A stretch of DNA of 60,182 bases, filler included, from Sphacelaria rigidula (GCA_964200075.2; 9 parts of 9 records of this genome joined end to end with filler, not necessarily neighbours in it), one strand, 5' to 3'; positions 1 through 13,298 are shown, counted from the first letter of the whole stretch. A program made the numbers and translations. Notes: generated by a model from the letters alone, not told the origin.

Positions 1-83
1 CCTCCGTTGGGGGGTGCCCGCCCCGAGTCCCGCGCATTTTTTCAGCCTTTGATAATGAGCAAGCCCCCCCCCCCCCCCCCCCC

Positions 84-150
84 TGCTCTGTCTCGAAAGG
101 GATGCATGGTTAATGCTCAAATGACTCGGACAAGAAACAAAGGAATACGC
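84..150 (+). mobile_element. Poly(C)-flanked retroposon 3' fragment (family PC)
   Basis: TGCTCTGTCTCGAAAGGGATGCATGG...AAACAAAGGAATACG between two C runs; matches copies at 13228, 38358, 40000 and 53400. Confidence 0.7.
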
Positions 151-1164
151 CCCCCCCCCCCTTCCCTTCCGGCTGGTAAAGGGGGCGTGCCGAAGGCAGG
201 AAACATGGCGTGTTAGGCCTATTCTCGAAAACGGAGTTGCTTGTTTACCGTCCAAAGGTGGCACTCTATGCACACGAATTTTGAATTTCGTCGAAAAAAT
301 GGGGGAACGGGAGCGGAAAAAAGGGGAAAGAACGTTCTGTTTCAACACCGTACACCAAGGCATGCAACCTATCCGTGCGCCGCGAATAAAAACTGTTGCT
401 TGGGGTGTCGTTCATGTTCATGGTTTCCGTTGAGGATAGCGCTGCTGCGCCAAGCGCCTGCAGGACTCCCTTGCAGCCAAACAACGGTGATACAGTGGAA
501 TACTTAATGGGAAATGACCAAACTCTGTGCACATTACGTGGACAACGACTACACTTGATTGATTGATCTGATTCGATTGATTGTCGCGCTTGAACTGACT
601 TCCCAGGGATCAAGCCGTAGTCAAATGATAGAGGTAACCGACACGAAACAAAAGTGAAACACTCGCTGAAAAAAACAAAAATGATAGAAAAGGTAAATAG
701 CTGTAGGCTGATGACGTCACATCCGATTGCCTGACATCTTTGCCGGACCACCTCAGCATGGCCAACTCGATTCTTTCCCGTGAGGGACAGTGTACGGACG
801 TTTTAGGTCCCCACTTTGAGCTCGCCAGTACGCAACCCAGCTGTAGTCTTCTCTATATTCACGCATCCTTCTCTTTGCTCTGCTCCCCTTGTTGGTCTGT
901 TTCGCCTTCTAATTTTACGGGCAAGCTTTTTCCCTGTTCCGATCCTTTTTTGACACGTCTGCCATGGCACTTGCCTTGCCTCTCGCGTAATTTATTTTTG
1001 GAATACGGGTGCCGCTGATGATCCATCCCAATACGCTGCACGCAATGACCAACGATTTTTGTACTTAAAGACGGCCCGGAAAAAATGTAGGTTTCGCTGA
1101 TATACTTTCAATTTTTTCACATCACCTTCACGTGTTTTCATTTCCAGCAACAATTTCGCTCGGG

Positions 1165-1315
1165 AACCGTTCTCGACACCTCGGAGCCGAGGGAATCGGA
1201 AAGGTGGGCCAGACTCCACTCAGTGGGGTGATGCATAGTGTCCCTCCCACGACACACGGTGATGCCATCCCCTACTTTGGGGCCAAAAAACTGCATGAGA
1301 TGTCCCTGAATTGAA
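1165..1315 (+). repeat. Dispersed repeat shared with 26910-27070
   Basis: TCTCGACACCTCGGAGCCGAGGGAATCGGAAAGGTGGGC matches TCTCGAAACCTTGGAGCCAAGCGAATCTGAAAAGTGGGC in an unrelated contig. Confidence 0.75.
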
Positions 1316-2025
1316 AGATCCAACCAAAATACATCCATCTCCAGTAAAAGATGGCCGGGCTCTTGAAATAATGCAACCTATCCTCTGAGCATCACTGTTA
1401 AGTCCGTATACATGAACATATTGCGTATAGAATGGACCATACTTGTCGACAATAAGCCCTTGGATCCTTCGTCGCACTCTGCGTCCAGTTATGGAGTTCG
1501 TCAACAGGTGGCTACGTGAGGACAGTCCCTACGAACAAGGAATCCGTCTCAAGAGCGCATGAAGGCATCATGCACAAAGACCGAAATAGACAAGGAGCAT
1601 GACAAATGCATGGTCATTGCTTTAGCATATATTTGGAAAAGTCGAGGGGTCGGTATCAAACATTCCAAAAAATTCAATATCGCACTTACTTGACCACATA
1701 GACTCACAACGCTCGGGGAAAACGTGGAACATGCGCACGATGCAGTCCTTTTGGAACGCCAGGAAATAACGGCACAATCAAGTAAGGAAAAGCTGCACGA
1801 ACATACGCAAACATTGATCGGCGCGCCTACACATGTTATACAGTCATCTTCGCATCACTCCACATCGGGCACCACAGCCATCTTCAAAAGCCAGTATCAC
1901 GTTAACACCAAACACAAGAGAAGGATCCTCACGTGAAGTATCGGCTCAAGAACACACCCTCATCCAACACAAAACACAGCCGTCCGTCTGGCGCTCAGCA
2001 CCAGTGCGGTAGCACGTCCTCTCAC

Positions 2026-2198
2026 CTGGTCGTTTGTGCAGGGCAGTATCTTAATTCCCAAGATATTCCTGGTGTGACCGGTGGGGAACTGCTGCCTGCA
2101 TGTCCCCGCCGCGACATCGAAGAGACAAACAGTCGTGTCATCTGATCCCGACGCAAGGGTCGTGCCCGACTCATTCCAAGACAAGCGATTCACACAGC
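2026..2198 (-). CDS. WD40 protein (DCAF8/WDTC1-like), exon 2; rest of gene not found in contig
   Basis: CVNRLSWNESGTTLASGSDDTTVCLFD...TGHTRNILGIKILPCTNDQ is the typical first WD40 blade of this family; acceptor CATCACAG, donor CAG|GTGAG. Confidence 0.88.
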
Positions 2199-3561
2199 CT
2201 GTGATGGATGCATAAAACGTACACACGCACCCGCCCATGAGGCGCAAAGATTCCAACGCTTCGAGGGAGAACAAGATCGCGACGCGGTTGATCGCATGGC
2301 CTATGTGGTCACCATCGTGCACCACCCTGTATACCGTGACATCTGCCCTCCAGACATACATCTTGCAGCAAGGATCTGTAGGACGCCCTACGATCTGTAA
2401 CGTACCGCACAGGATATAAAATAACACGAATACGGAAAAAAACGCCCACCAGCAACGTCCTGGGTGATGGGTTTTTGCCCATGCTGGCGTCATATCGGTT
2501 TCTACAGTCAGAGATGCTAATCGGGCCCGCAAAAGTGTCTGGGCTGTTCGACGACACCATTCCGGTCATAGGCGATTTATCTACTGTCCCTATTTTTCCA
2601 CGGGTGCTCCACCTGCATACACTTGGTTTAATGTTGCACCATTTCCACGGAGAAGTCGTGCGTTCAGGTGACTCCTTCCCTGTCCAGACGCTACATACAT
2701 CTACACACCCTTGACACAGAGTCGGTAGCTCAGTGGCTTCAAACGTGTTTTCAAAGCGTGCTCTCAAAACCTGAAAACAACAGTCATTTTCCCGGTTCAT
2801 TCTTCTGATCGCGGGACGTTCCCTGAAACGGGATACGCAGCATTCTGCATGTGGGTTTGACGCACACAACCCAAAATCAACGCTCAAATCGCACTCGTCA
2901 CCGAGCAGAACCGGACGGGCACAATCAGCCCCTCAATTGAGTGTCCCGAGCAAACACGGGGGGCTGGGGCGAAGACCTCGGAGGAGAGGTCTGATGCGGG
3001 GTAGCTTTGTATCGGGGTGGCCGCGTGTGTGCGCGTGTTTGCTATGGATACTTTTTTGCGGAGTGACTTAGTTTATTCCCGAGCGTGCTAACGTGTGCAT
3101 GTGCATGTGTTGGTTCATCTGATCCTTGTTATCTGATCAGCTTGTTCGATTTTCTATCGAGTAGATCCGGGGAACGTTTTGAAAAAAAATCCTACATGTT
3201 CTCGAGCCCGATCAGCATCTCTAACAGTAGCGCATCAGGTTACATCGTGCATACCACACCCCATATAACACTCCTCGGGCAAATGAGGTTTCGGGCTCCG
3301 GAACCTCGTCAACCGCGCGTCGTACATGCTGCTACGCCATACGTGGCACAGGTGTAATTCATACTGTTGCCGCACGTGATAACCCGTCCTGACAAGCAGA
3401 TTTCTACACACGTTTGTGCGTGTGAGGTTATCCACATGCCATCAGTCGTCACGTGCGCGGATATAAAAAACCGTGCGTGTTTTCGTCACCACATTTTGCC
3501 TCCCCCTTCCCTCCCCTCCCCGCCTCCCGCGTGCATGCCTAACCCGTGCCAACCAACTCAC

Positions 3562-4054
3562 GGCCGTGTCCGCGCAGCGTAGAAGTGTGCCGCAGCTTGC
3601 CTACAAGCGACGGATGTCCTCCCACGCTTCTCCTGAATCCATAGTTTCCACCGCCACCGCCACCACTCGAGCGAGCCTCGGCGCTCTCTCGCCTAGAGTT
3701 TGCCGAACCTCCAGAAACGGGACCTCCTTTGGAAGCCGGTATCCGACCCTCTTTACGGAGGTTGATGAGATGCACGATGTTTCGAGGTCCGCCGGCGAAG
3801 CCACCGCCACCGCTGCCACTGCCACCACGGGGGCGGGTGGGGCGGGCAGTGGCGGCAGCAGTGGGTAGCGTAGACTTTGATGGTACGGCGTGGAGGGGGC
3901 TGTGTAGGGCGGGGAGTTCGGTACTTGTTGGAGTTTGTTGATGTTGTTGTTGTTCCTGCTGCTGGTGGTGATGGCGATGGTGGCCTGTTTGGTGGTCTTG
4001 TGTTGGGGACTGTGCGAAGGGAGGGTCTTGACCGTCGTCGTCGTTGTTACCCAT
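3562..4054 (-). CDS. WD40 protein (DCAF8/WDTC1/DCAF6-like CUL4-DDB1 substrate receptor), exon 1
   Basis: ATG at 4054 (MGNNDDDG), Q/H/G-rich N-terminus, ending LVGKLRHTSTLRGHG; phase-1 donor C|GTGAGT at 3561 fits exon 2. Confidence 0.8.
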
Positions 4055-6393
4055 ACTGCCAGGGAAGTGAGCAGACGGCAGGGAAGAGCCTCCTGGTGCA
4101 AAGGCACAGCGCACGGTGCATGACAAAAAGATGGATGTGCGTGTGTGTGTATGTGTGTGTTCGTGTGTGTCGGGACATTTCGCGGTACTGCATACAACCC
4201 TGGTTTGCAGGTCACATGTCAGACAGATCGCATATTAATCATACGTCATCAAGTGAGTTTACGGGTATCCCTTCTCCCTCTCTTGACTGCTGGTTATCGG
4301 CCCGTCACCGTGCACAACCTGCCATTCAAGAATAACGTGCTGTTTGCATGGTGTTATTCGTGCCTCCGGGTCGGTATGAGTGCTGCCGGCTGTATTCTCG
4401 CTCCGACCTGGCCGTTAAGAGCACAGCAGTAGACGGCAAACATTGCAGTCGAAAGTGGTGGGCCCGTTATAAGGCGACACAGCGGCTGCCGCGCCCCCGT
4501 GGCCCAATAGTACAACTGACACAGTAAGGCTGGGAAAAACGTGGGTTTGGTTCCCGCCAAATGCTTTTAGTTTCTTACTTTCAGTAAAGGATATGATTTC
4601 CGTCGCTAAAAGCGTGAGGACATGAGTAGCAAAAATAGTTCGACGAGAGTCGACGCGACGCGGGAGTGCGGGTCATGATCCAGTCCGCGATACGAGAATG
4701 TAGGGCGTGTTCCGAGGGAGAGGTGGGTTGGTCCCTTGACATGATGAACTCGTCCCGAAGAGTGGAAGGGGTTGAAAGTGCAACGAGAGAGAGAAAAAAA
4801 AACAAAAGTGCAAGCAAACAAAAGCGCGTTACATCTCATTTCACCGTACACCGATCGAGGCAGGTCCCGCCTTAGATCGACTGGGTTTCAACTACGCACG
4901 ACATAGAGATAGGCAGTGCTTGTTGTGTTGTGTTGGAATTGCCGCTGAGGCGAATCTCCCGGTGTCACACTTGCATTTGTTCTAATGTAAGAGTACCCGC
5001 CAACCGCCCTTCTATGATTCCGTCACCCCACAAATCCGGATTCGCCCGCCTCAAGAGCACGATCCGCTACTGCAAAAACCAGCCTCAGCGTTGGACGGGA
5101 CCCTTTCACAGGCGGACGACAGCGCGCAATAGGGAACCCGGCATAGATGCTGACGCCTTACACCAGGCTCACTACTGAGAGGTTTGCAGGGAAATATGCG
5201 CCAACGAGAACGGCTCACTGCATCAACACACCAGCAACTGGCTCTTCTCGCTCTCAGGCCTATCGCTGTCGGAAGTAGTTTCGCCTCCAACCCTTACACA
5301 GCAAACATACGTCCGGTCGTGCGATGAGGCTTCGGTGAAATGTGTGCGCCGGGAAAAGTTACTAGCTCTAGCCCACCTCGAGGCCCTGTGCTCTCTCGAC
5401 CGTGAATAAACGTCGGGTCTAACACGATTGTCTGAATCAATCCGACGAGTTTCGTCAGCGCTGCTTACCCCAACCTGCATTTCTTCATTTTGCGACTTCG
5501 CGGTAGGAATAAATCAGGGAGTGAATTTTCAACCCTAACCCCAAAGCTACACATTCGGGCAGGTAAGGTGGCGCGGAAGGATCGAAGAAGCGTTTCGGCT
5601 GAGTATTGATAGAAAACGCGAGCATGTTGGGTTCTACTTTACTACGGGGGAAGAACGCAGAAATATTTACCAGCAGCAGAAAAGACGGAGTAAACAGCGA
5701 TCAATGGAAGATGTGACGCACACGAAATAACAAAGGGACCTTGCCAACAAGAGTAAACGAAAGCGTCATGCCGCACGATGCAACAACACCACATGCCAGC
5801 AACGAAGTAAACGTGTGCCGGTACACGTCGAATGATTCCCGCCAGCAGTAAACAAAGACAACAGCATCCTGCATTATGCAACACCATGCACCGACCGAGT
5901 CCACACCGCAACGAAAAAGCCAACCGCGTCCCGGTCAACACGTTCTATCGAAAGGGCTAGGGACGCTCGATCGACTAGAACACCTGCCAGGCGTGTAGTG
6001 GGTGTCGGGCGTTCCTTAACGCCCTTGAGGTCTGCGAGAGCCGTAGATTCCGGTCAGGCGATCCTTGATGGTGATATTGTGTGTTTCAGATTCACGGCAG
6101 GTGGGCTTGAAGCTTGAAGTGCGGATCGCAAGGTGGAACAACCCGAACCTAACGGGTTCGTATTTAATGTAGTATCTACGGCAGATTCCGTCTAAGAACG
6201 CAAAATCGATTTTTTTATGCAGCAGGAGATGATCGCTGATAGGAGTACATAAGATAGCTCACGCAATCATCTTGCCTACACAGATGCATCAAGTGGCGTG
6301 AGATTTGCACTGTGGACTGGGTTCAGCTTTTAGGAATCGATTAATCAAGGGGTGATCCATCGCTGAATATGACCGTAAAGGGATCGCATTTAA

Positions 6394-6599
6394 CCCTTTA
6401 GGGACCGGGCCTCCAGAACGACCAAGAGGCTGGTCAGGAGTGACGTGTCTGGTCTAAACGAAACAGTGAAATGTTGCTGACAATCCGCGTATGTAACCGC
6501 AGGGTTACGACGAAGACCGAAAGTTTCATCCGATCTATTTTCAGGTGCAGGGTGCGCACTACGTGGTGTACATCTGATGTAGCGAGCAGTATGTGTCGC
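6394..6599 (+). mobile_element. Left end of piggyBac-like non-autonomous element, cut by contig end
   Basis: TTAA|CCCTTTAGGGAC terminus; interior matches 33810-34030. Confidence 0.6.
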
Positions 6600-6699
6600 N
6601 NNNNNNNNNNNNNNNNNNNNNNNNNNNNNNNNNNNNNNNNNNNTTAATTAATTAANNNNNNNNNNNNNNNNNNNNNNNNNNNNNNNNNNNNNNNNNNNN
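6600..6699. other. Artificial contig linker (N-TTAATTAATTAA-N, 100 bp); first of 8
   Basis: Same linker at 6600-6699, 13299-13398, 19997-20096, 26695-26794, 33393-33492, 40091-40190, 46789-46888 and 53486-53585. Contig lengths are 6599, 6599, 6598 (x5), 6597, 6597, i.e. length-sorted. Confidence 0.98.

Positions 6700-6765
<66 letters not shown>
6700..6765. repeat. (CA)n microsatellite
   Basis: Perfect CA run at contig start. Confidence 0.98.
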
Positions 6766-6766
<1 letters not shown>

Positions 6767-7417
6767 TGCGGTCAATTACTTTGGGTATAAGCGAATGCAT
6801 GTATATCAGGGGGCCCGCAGGCCCTCAGCCGACAGATGGCTACGGTGTGCGTCGTAGTCGCCCTGTATCAAGCCAACCACTGACCGGAGAGTCCGATAGC
6901 ACGCATGGATACATTGCGATATCGTCAGCTGCACATGAAGCGGACTTACATTTGGCTGGAGACCAGTGTTACCGCTGAAAAACAGTCTACGCTGGTTGAT
7001 GATGCTTTCATTAGTTGTGTACAAACTAGCCTTGGCAAGGTGTTTCACGCGTGGTGACTATGCCGTTATTGTGTGCACGTGGAAGATCAAACACGAACGA
7101 CCGGTGCAAAACTGTGAACTGCTGTGGTGCTCGTGATCCTACGAGTATGCGATCGCTCGTTTCCCTCAGAATATGAGAATGGAACAGTATTGTAACGAAT
7201 GAAAACACGAAAAATACCTTCAGCGTAGGACAGTATCAACTGCACTTCGCCAGCGCTTATACGTACTTCCCACTAGACAGCCACAAGGGTTACGAGGTGG
7301 GCGTGGGTACCCGGGAATCTTGCATCTTTCGACCACGGGTCTGAGTAGTAAACTATGTAGTGGAAAACAATTTTGCGCGGACTCTTGTGCCTCTCACCCC
7401 CAGCAGTCCAAGAAGTC

Positions 7418-8808
7418 ATGTCAAAGCGTGTGTCAATCCATAAGGTAGCTTCTGAGGGCAAAGCCACTGCCGTTGCTAAGATTTTGAAGCGTGACGCCAT
7501 GAGTCCGGATGTACTGGATGAACAACGCAACACACCTCTCGTTCTAGCGTGCCTCGGCGGGCACAGCAATGTAGCTGATGTGCTGGTCAAAGCCGGAGCG
7601 AACGTTAACTGTAGGTGCGGCCCAGGCAAAGCAACCGTCCTGTGCGCGGCCTTCAGGAAGGGCCATATAGGATTGGTGCGCGATTTAATGAAGGCAGGTG
7701 CCGACTTCTCGGTGCTGGATGCACAAGGGCAGGCTGTGATACACGAGTGTGTGGTCACCGGGTCTGTGAACGATGTCCGCCAGCTAGTTCAGTTAGGCGC
7801 CGACTTGAACGTGCGAGATCGCGAGGGCTTCACCCCTCTCATGCGCTGCTCCGAACTTGATAATACTGGGGCAGCAACTGCCTCTGTTTTGTTAGATGGT
7901 AGGGCCGATTGGAGCCTCAAGTTATCGTCTGGTGATACTGCTCTCACGATAGCCTGCTCTGTAGGAAACGCCAAGGCTGTGAAGGTGTTATTGGCCGCCG
8001 GCGTGAGCACATCGACCCAGGTCAACGGGGACTGTCCGGTTCGTAGAGCGGCGTCGGCGGGCCACAAGGAGATAGTTAAGCTGCTGTGCGACGCAGGGGC
8101 CGAAATTGATGTCGCTAGTACTACGGCGCCTCTGATCACCGCGGCTTCTGCGGGAAAGGTGGATGTAGTTCGCCTCCTCTGCGAGGCAGGAGCAGACCCC
8201 AACATGGCGGACAGCCACAGCAACGTGTCAGCTCTGCGGTATGCCGCACAGGCGGGGCATGCTGCCGTAGTCCGAGAGCTGCTGCGGTATGGCGCGGACG
8301 TCAACGAAGGTCAGGACGACGTCACCGCTCTCCATTTAGTCTGCAACCTTGAACATCTGGACGTGATACGAGAGCTTGTACGCGCGGGGGCGAATCATGT
8401 GCTCGACGCCAACTACGTCATGACGGCGTTGCATTTGGCGGCCGACAAGTTGAAACTGAAAGTAGCGCGGGTGCTGCTGGAAGAAGGAGGCCTAGAGACT
8501 GCCGTAGACAGGAGAGGCTGGACTCCAGCTCGCGTCGTCGCCCTTAACGCAATCCAAAACCCGGAGAAGGACATACCTGAAGCGGGGGCCATGATTCGTT
8601 TGCTCTCTCGCGGACCGGCCTTCCGCGCTTGGTCTTGGCTGTGGCCCGCCAAATCGGGACATCTTCATCGTGATACCGGTGGCATCGATACCGCGGTAGG
8701 GAAGGAGATTGCTGTGGGATTGAGGAAGGTGCCTATCGCGTTGAGTTTGTTACATCCTCGGCGGAAAAAGTGCGGACGGGCGCTGGACACCATGGGGATC
8801 ATGTGCAG
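7418..8808 (+). CDS. Ankyrin-repeat protein, single long coding exon; terminal exon not located
   Basis: About 10-11 ANK repeats (TPLVLACLGGHSNVADVLVKAGANVN, TALTIACSVGNAKAVKVLLAAG, SALRYAAQAGHAAVVRELLRYGADVN); ATG 7418 just after acceptor CCCCAG; donor CAG|GTGAGT at 8809. Confidence 0.93.
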
Positions 8809-9094
8809 GTGAGTTGGCGCGTAGACGGCTGCGTATGTGACTGCGTTTATCTTCGTTCAAAAGCACATGGCTATAGTTTTATCCACACAGCTCTCGTTCA
8901 AGGAAATCGTCGCTATACTGACTACCCCGTATTACTTTGCTCCAAACTAGAGGGTTCGTGGTAATGGAAACGAGCTTCTCGCATGGAAATGAACGGAGGT
9001 CGAAATTGTAAACATCAGCGAGAAACGATACCCCTCAAGAGTACTTTGGGGAGGTTTGACCCCCCCCTGATGGTGAGTCCGCTGAGGTCAGAGG

Positions 9095-9210
9095 CAGGCG
9101 AGATAGTCACCCCCGCATGTGCCGGGCACGCCCCGATTTTGTATTTGTTGCGAGGTAGACCGAACACGACCCGATATCACGCGACCGAGACGGGCACAAA
9201 ATTGATTTCG
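9095..9210 (+). repeat. SINE-body copy inverted relative to 9370-9485
   Basis: GCATGTGCCGGGCACGCCCCG...CCGAACACGACCCGA...GGGCACAAA occurs on both strands about 160 bp apart. Confidence 0.8.
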
Positions 9211-9329
9211 TCTGATCGCGAATCCATCCATCCATCTATGACCTAGATAGCAGGTGGTTGCTGCTGTGTTTTGCATTTTTTATTCAACTGTCTACCTGGA
9301 GATTGTCGTTTCACCGTCATGTACACTCA

Positions 9330-9575
9330 TCATGGGGTGCAGTTTGGTCTATTTTGGTCTCTCCAACACTCAGCTTTGTGCCCGCCCCGGTCGCATGATG
9401 TCGGGTCGTGTTCGGTGTACCTCGTAAGAAGACCATAAACATGTGCGGGGCGTGTCCGGCACATGCAGCGGTTAATATCTCGCACCGAGATTCCCAGGTC
9501 ACTCGGAGATTCGAATCCCGGCCCAACCGTCAGAAGGATTCGAGCTAACCAACTGAGCCACCGGGGCGACCGGCT
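9330..9575 (-). mobile_element. tRNA-derived SINE
   Basis: Head AGCCGGTCGCCCCGGTGGCTCAGTTGGTTAG (Pol III A box) and GGGATTCGAATCTC (B box), no acceptor-stem closure; same head at 45555. Confidence 0.8.
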
Positions 9576-12500
9576 ATAATCATTTATGTTGCCAAGGCCA
9601 TCATGAGAAGCATGAAGCACACGCGAAGTGTTTCGTCAGTGTGGTTCCTTCTGGTGTATTCATTACCCCGAGATACTTGACAACTCGGTGGAAAATCCAA
9701 ACTGTCGTGAGATGATCCATCACTTGATTTTAGAGCAGGGGAATTTTTCGAAGACCCCACGTCTGCACACGCTCTCCGAAGGCACAAATCAAAGCAAACC
9801 CATCCAATATTCGGACACCGTCAAGCAGCTAGGAGATCAGGGGGGCGGCTAACGCCTGTGTTGTACTTCGTACCCCAAAAATGCAACCAATACCCCACAA
9901 GTACAACCAACACCGAAGTATTTTTTCATCTTTTTCATAGCTCGAGAATTCGGCGAATGTGGCGGTACAATGTCACAAGCGAGTGGTGGTTTTCTAGCAC
10001 ATTTTCGATGGTGTTCACTCGTAGCACAAATGCTTTGACAGAAGAACACTCCAGAAGTGCGCGTCAATGACGTTGTTGTGCAGCCGGGGATGTTGGGAAG
10101 ATGACGACCCCCAAAACATATGGATCCATATGAATGCGTTTGAAAATCGGGATCGGTGATTGTGCAGTTTTCGCCCGCTTTCATGGGGTAACTTGATGGG
10201 TTGGGTTCATCTTTGGTAATGGAGATGACACATTCAAATGTTGGTGTGGAGTCTACTGCAGGTAAAAGCTGATTGTGTCACAACCAAGAGGCCGCGTTAT
10301 CCAGGGCCAGCTTTGACGGAACGGTTTAGTCGCAAGCGACTGTGACTACCTGCGAACTACGTCTGGTTGACACGACGTTTCGAGATCTGGGTCCAGGCAC
10401 GCATTACCCTCGTGCTGTGTTGCTTCTTTTGGTAACATGCCGTAAGTACGTCGCGTGCGGAGATAAAACGAGGAATACTGCACACATGTTGTGAGCATGA
10501 TGTGCTCGACAGCATACGGCATTCACAGGAATCACCAGCCACCTGCACAGGTCTCGAAGCTCGCCCTTGCACAGCTGATGACGCCACGCCTGGTTTGACG
10601 GCAATCTACCCTATGTTTCAGGAGCATTGCAGTTTGCGTGTGCTGTTGGGGCAGAAAAAAATGGTGCAGCTTCACCGACGGTTTGTACTGACTGAGCTAC
10701 GGGCTGTAGTAGCCCTACCGCCAAAATACAAGGACGGGAGCGCCTCTGAAATGCTTGTGCAATCGAAAAAAGATTTCAGCCAACCTTCCAAGTAGTCTTC
10801 GAGAAAACAAACTGGGGTACGCCACCAGGAGTTACAATGACACGGAGCAGCAGTCTACTGTGGGGTTGTAGCGCTTGTTGCGTGCGAGGATACAGAGTGT
10901 GCTTGCTGCCTGGGCAGCTACGTTGTGTTCTGTGTTTTGCTGACGGGCAAGGTAGGGTCAAGCTGTAAGGCAAAGTTCGAGGTCTGAAGAATATGTCGTA
11001 CCATGTTTCTGTCCAACTTCCAACGTTTGAACAAAACTGCTGGATAGAAAAAGCTTCTCCAATATCCTCGAAGCTTTTATGGTAGATGCGAGACAGGTGC
11101 TCCACGGTGTGGCGGTCGCATCAATTCGGTTTCAATTTCCTACGGGGGAAATTACTGGAGCATGGCGAAAAGCTCCTACTTTTCGGGGCACAGTTACAAG
11201 AGAAAAGGCACGGCATTTTGTGTAGAGCTGCATCACAGGTGCTAGTAAGCGACGACTGCATACGCAGCAACGGCTATCTTCCACTCCTCCGTACCCCTCG
11301 AGTCTCAGCTGGTACCAGTGTGATTGGGGGCACAAGACACCAGCGACTATCACACACAAACTGGTACGAGCATGGATTCGGCTGCGTCTTTTCGCATAGA
11401 TTCTGTACTGTGTTGTATACACTCGTTGCTTGCTTGACTCACGATCACCTGGTCAAGACACGTCGTTGCTGTCCTGACATCGAGCTAAGGGCCACGTCTA
11501 TCGCTGACAGTGTTGAATAGCTGATGGGCGTACGTATATATGGACTGTACTCTACTGTGCGGTGCCGTGCCGTGCTCTACTTCTTTACTGTACTGTTGTC
11601 GTACGGACAGACAGATCTGGGATGTATGCATAGATTGCATTCTGTTGAGTGCGTGCGTGTTTGAGTTTGATTTCATGCGTCACTCTCTACGTCGACGAGT
11701 CGCCAAAGGAAGGTGTTGGGACCCCAAAACATTTCATAGGCTTCGCCTCTATGCGCCCTCTTGGTTGTGGGGTGCGTTCCAGGCGCGAAAGTACCCCGCA
11801 GTGTTTGCAAAAACAAGCAGGACCTATACACTAACGCTGGAGATGTCGCATAGTGTCCCCATAATAGGCACATGCTGCGAGAGCGACCTGCATATGGAGC
11901 ATGTGGCTAGGGAGTGCGTAAGATTCGTCCCTACATCGTGTGACACTGGCATAGGAGAGCTACAGGAGAAGTACATGACATCGCTAGTAATGAGGACAGA
12001 GGTAGAAGGAAGGGGTAGGCTCCTACTGGACACGTATAAACTTGACTGTTGTGTCAACCAAGTGTCAACCGTACGGTACCACGCCCTTTGAAAGTGTGTA
12101 GTTGTCTCTATGCAGGTCGACTTACAACCTCACCGTGTGTCATAATTGGATCATTCTCGCACTGAAATCGAGTAGGATTTTGCTCGATAGTAAAATCAAG
12201 CTGTTCTACAGGTCGTACAGGTCTGCCTCCTCGCAATCAACCCCTCTTCCTTTCCCTTTTTTGGGCTTGATAGCTTCTGGGGTGCTGTGAGTTTCACAAG
12301 GATTCTGGCTGACCCTTTGGTAGAAGCAATGAGTACTGTACCATGCTGCAGGCGAATTTTCCCAAATTGACGGTTGGGTGCACCATCTCGTCCTTTGGAT
12401 CAACTTGTACGGGGCCATGCCTCATGTGCCGTGTGGGCCGTTTCACCTCTTGCCTCTCTCATGGTTCTGCCGCTCACGGGCAGCTTGTTGCCTTCACAGA

Positions 12501-13227
12501 TTGTCTTGAATTTTTTTGGTGCGTTCGTATATAGAACTCTCAAACAGTGCTTTTCTCAACAAGCTTGACTCTACAAGCCAAAAGACCGCGCTACCTCGTG
12601 TACTGTATTGTGCTCGAGAGGGCGCAAGTTTGAGGCACACCTGCTGTCTGTGCTCACCGTCAGATAGCGATGCTGCATCAGTGCACTCTCTAACCAAACA
12701 CCGTTCCGACGCAAGACTTACACGGTAATCAAGGACTGTACTAGTCGCAATGAGATACATTGTTCCGAGATTGGTCACCCAGGTTGTCGACACATCGCCG
12801 TCATGCTAATAGCTGTGTGTCGCTGAGGAGTGTAAGACGGCATGCTCACGGCGGAACAGAACATATAACATCTGCTCACTTTAGATCATACGTGCGAAAC
12901 AAAAGTAGAACGTATGCTAACTTTGGAACATGTGTGCCCGACACACGCAGAATACGTGTCCACTCTTGAGCAACCTCCTCGAAAATATGCAGGTATTATG
13001 TGAGCTTAAAACAGCTTTTTCTAAGCGTTGGCAGATATCTGTCGGTTGAGAACACCTCTCCCGAACTTTGCTGGATATCTGTGAGTTCAGAACAACTTTT
13101 CCCAACGATGATAGATATATGTGAGCTTGTAGCACCTTCTCCGAACGTCTTCTGACATTTGTCGGTGTAGAAAAAATATCCCGAATGCTTTGAGGTTCGT
13201 TAACCAACGTTTTGGTTTGGCTTCGAG

Positions 13228-13298
13228 GGGGCGTACTCATTTGTTGCTTGCCTTAGTCATTTGACCACTGACCACGCATCCCTTTCGAGACGGAGCAC
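13228..13298 (-). mobile_element. Family PC retroposon 3' end at contig edge
   Basis: Minus strand GTGCTCCGTCTCGAAAGGGATGCGTGG...GACTAAGGCAAGCAACAAATGAGTACGCCCCC. Confidence 0.75.

Noticed and set aside
266..751. EsV-1-7-type Cys repeat protein (RCQAIGC)
   Set aside because: Single CxxxGC with no following motif or repeats.
9040..9095. Alu/7SL-like sequence (ACTTTGGGAGG...CTGAGGTCAG)
   Set aside because: Two short word matches only; intervening and flanking sequence does not align.
9490..9575. Functional tRNA gene (also 45555, 25325, 29080)
   Set aside because: A and B boxes present but no closing acceptor stem or normal anticodon arm; embedded in repeats.
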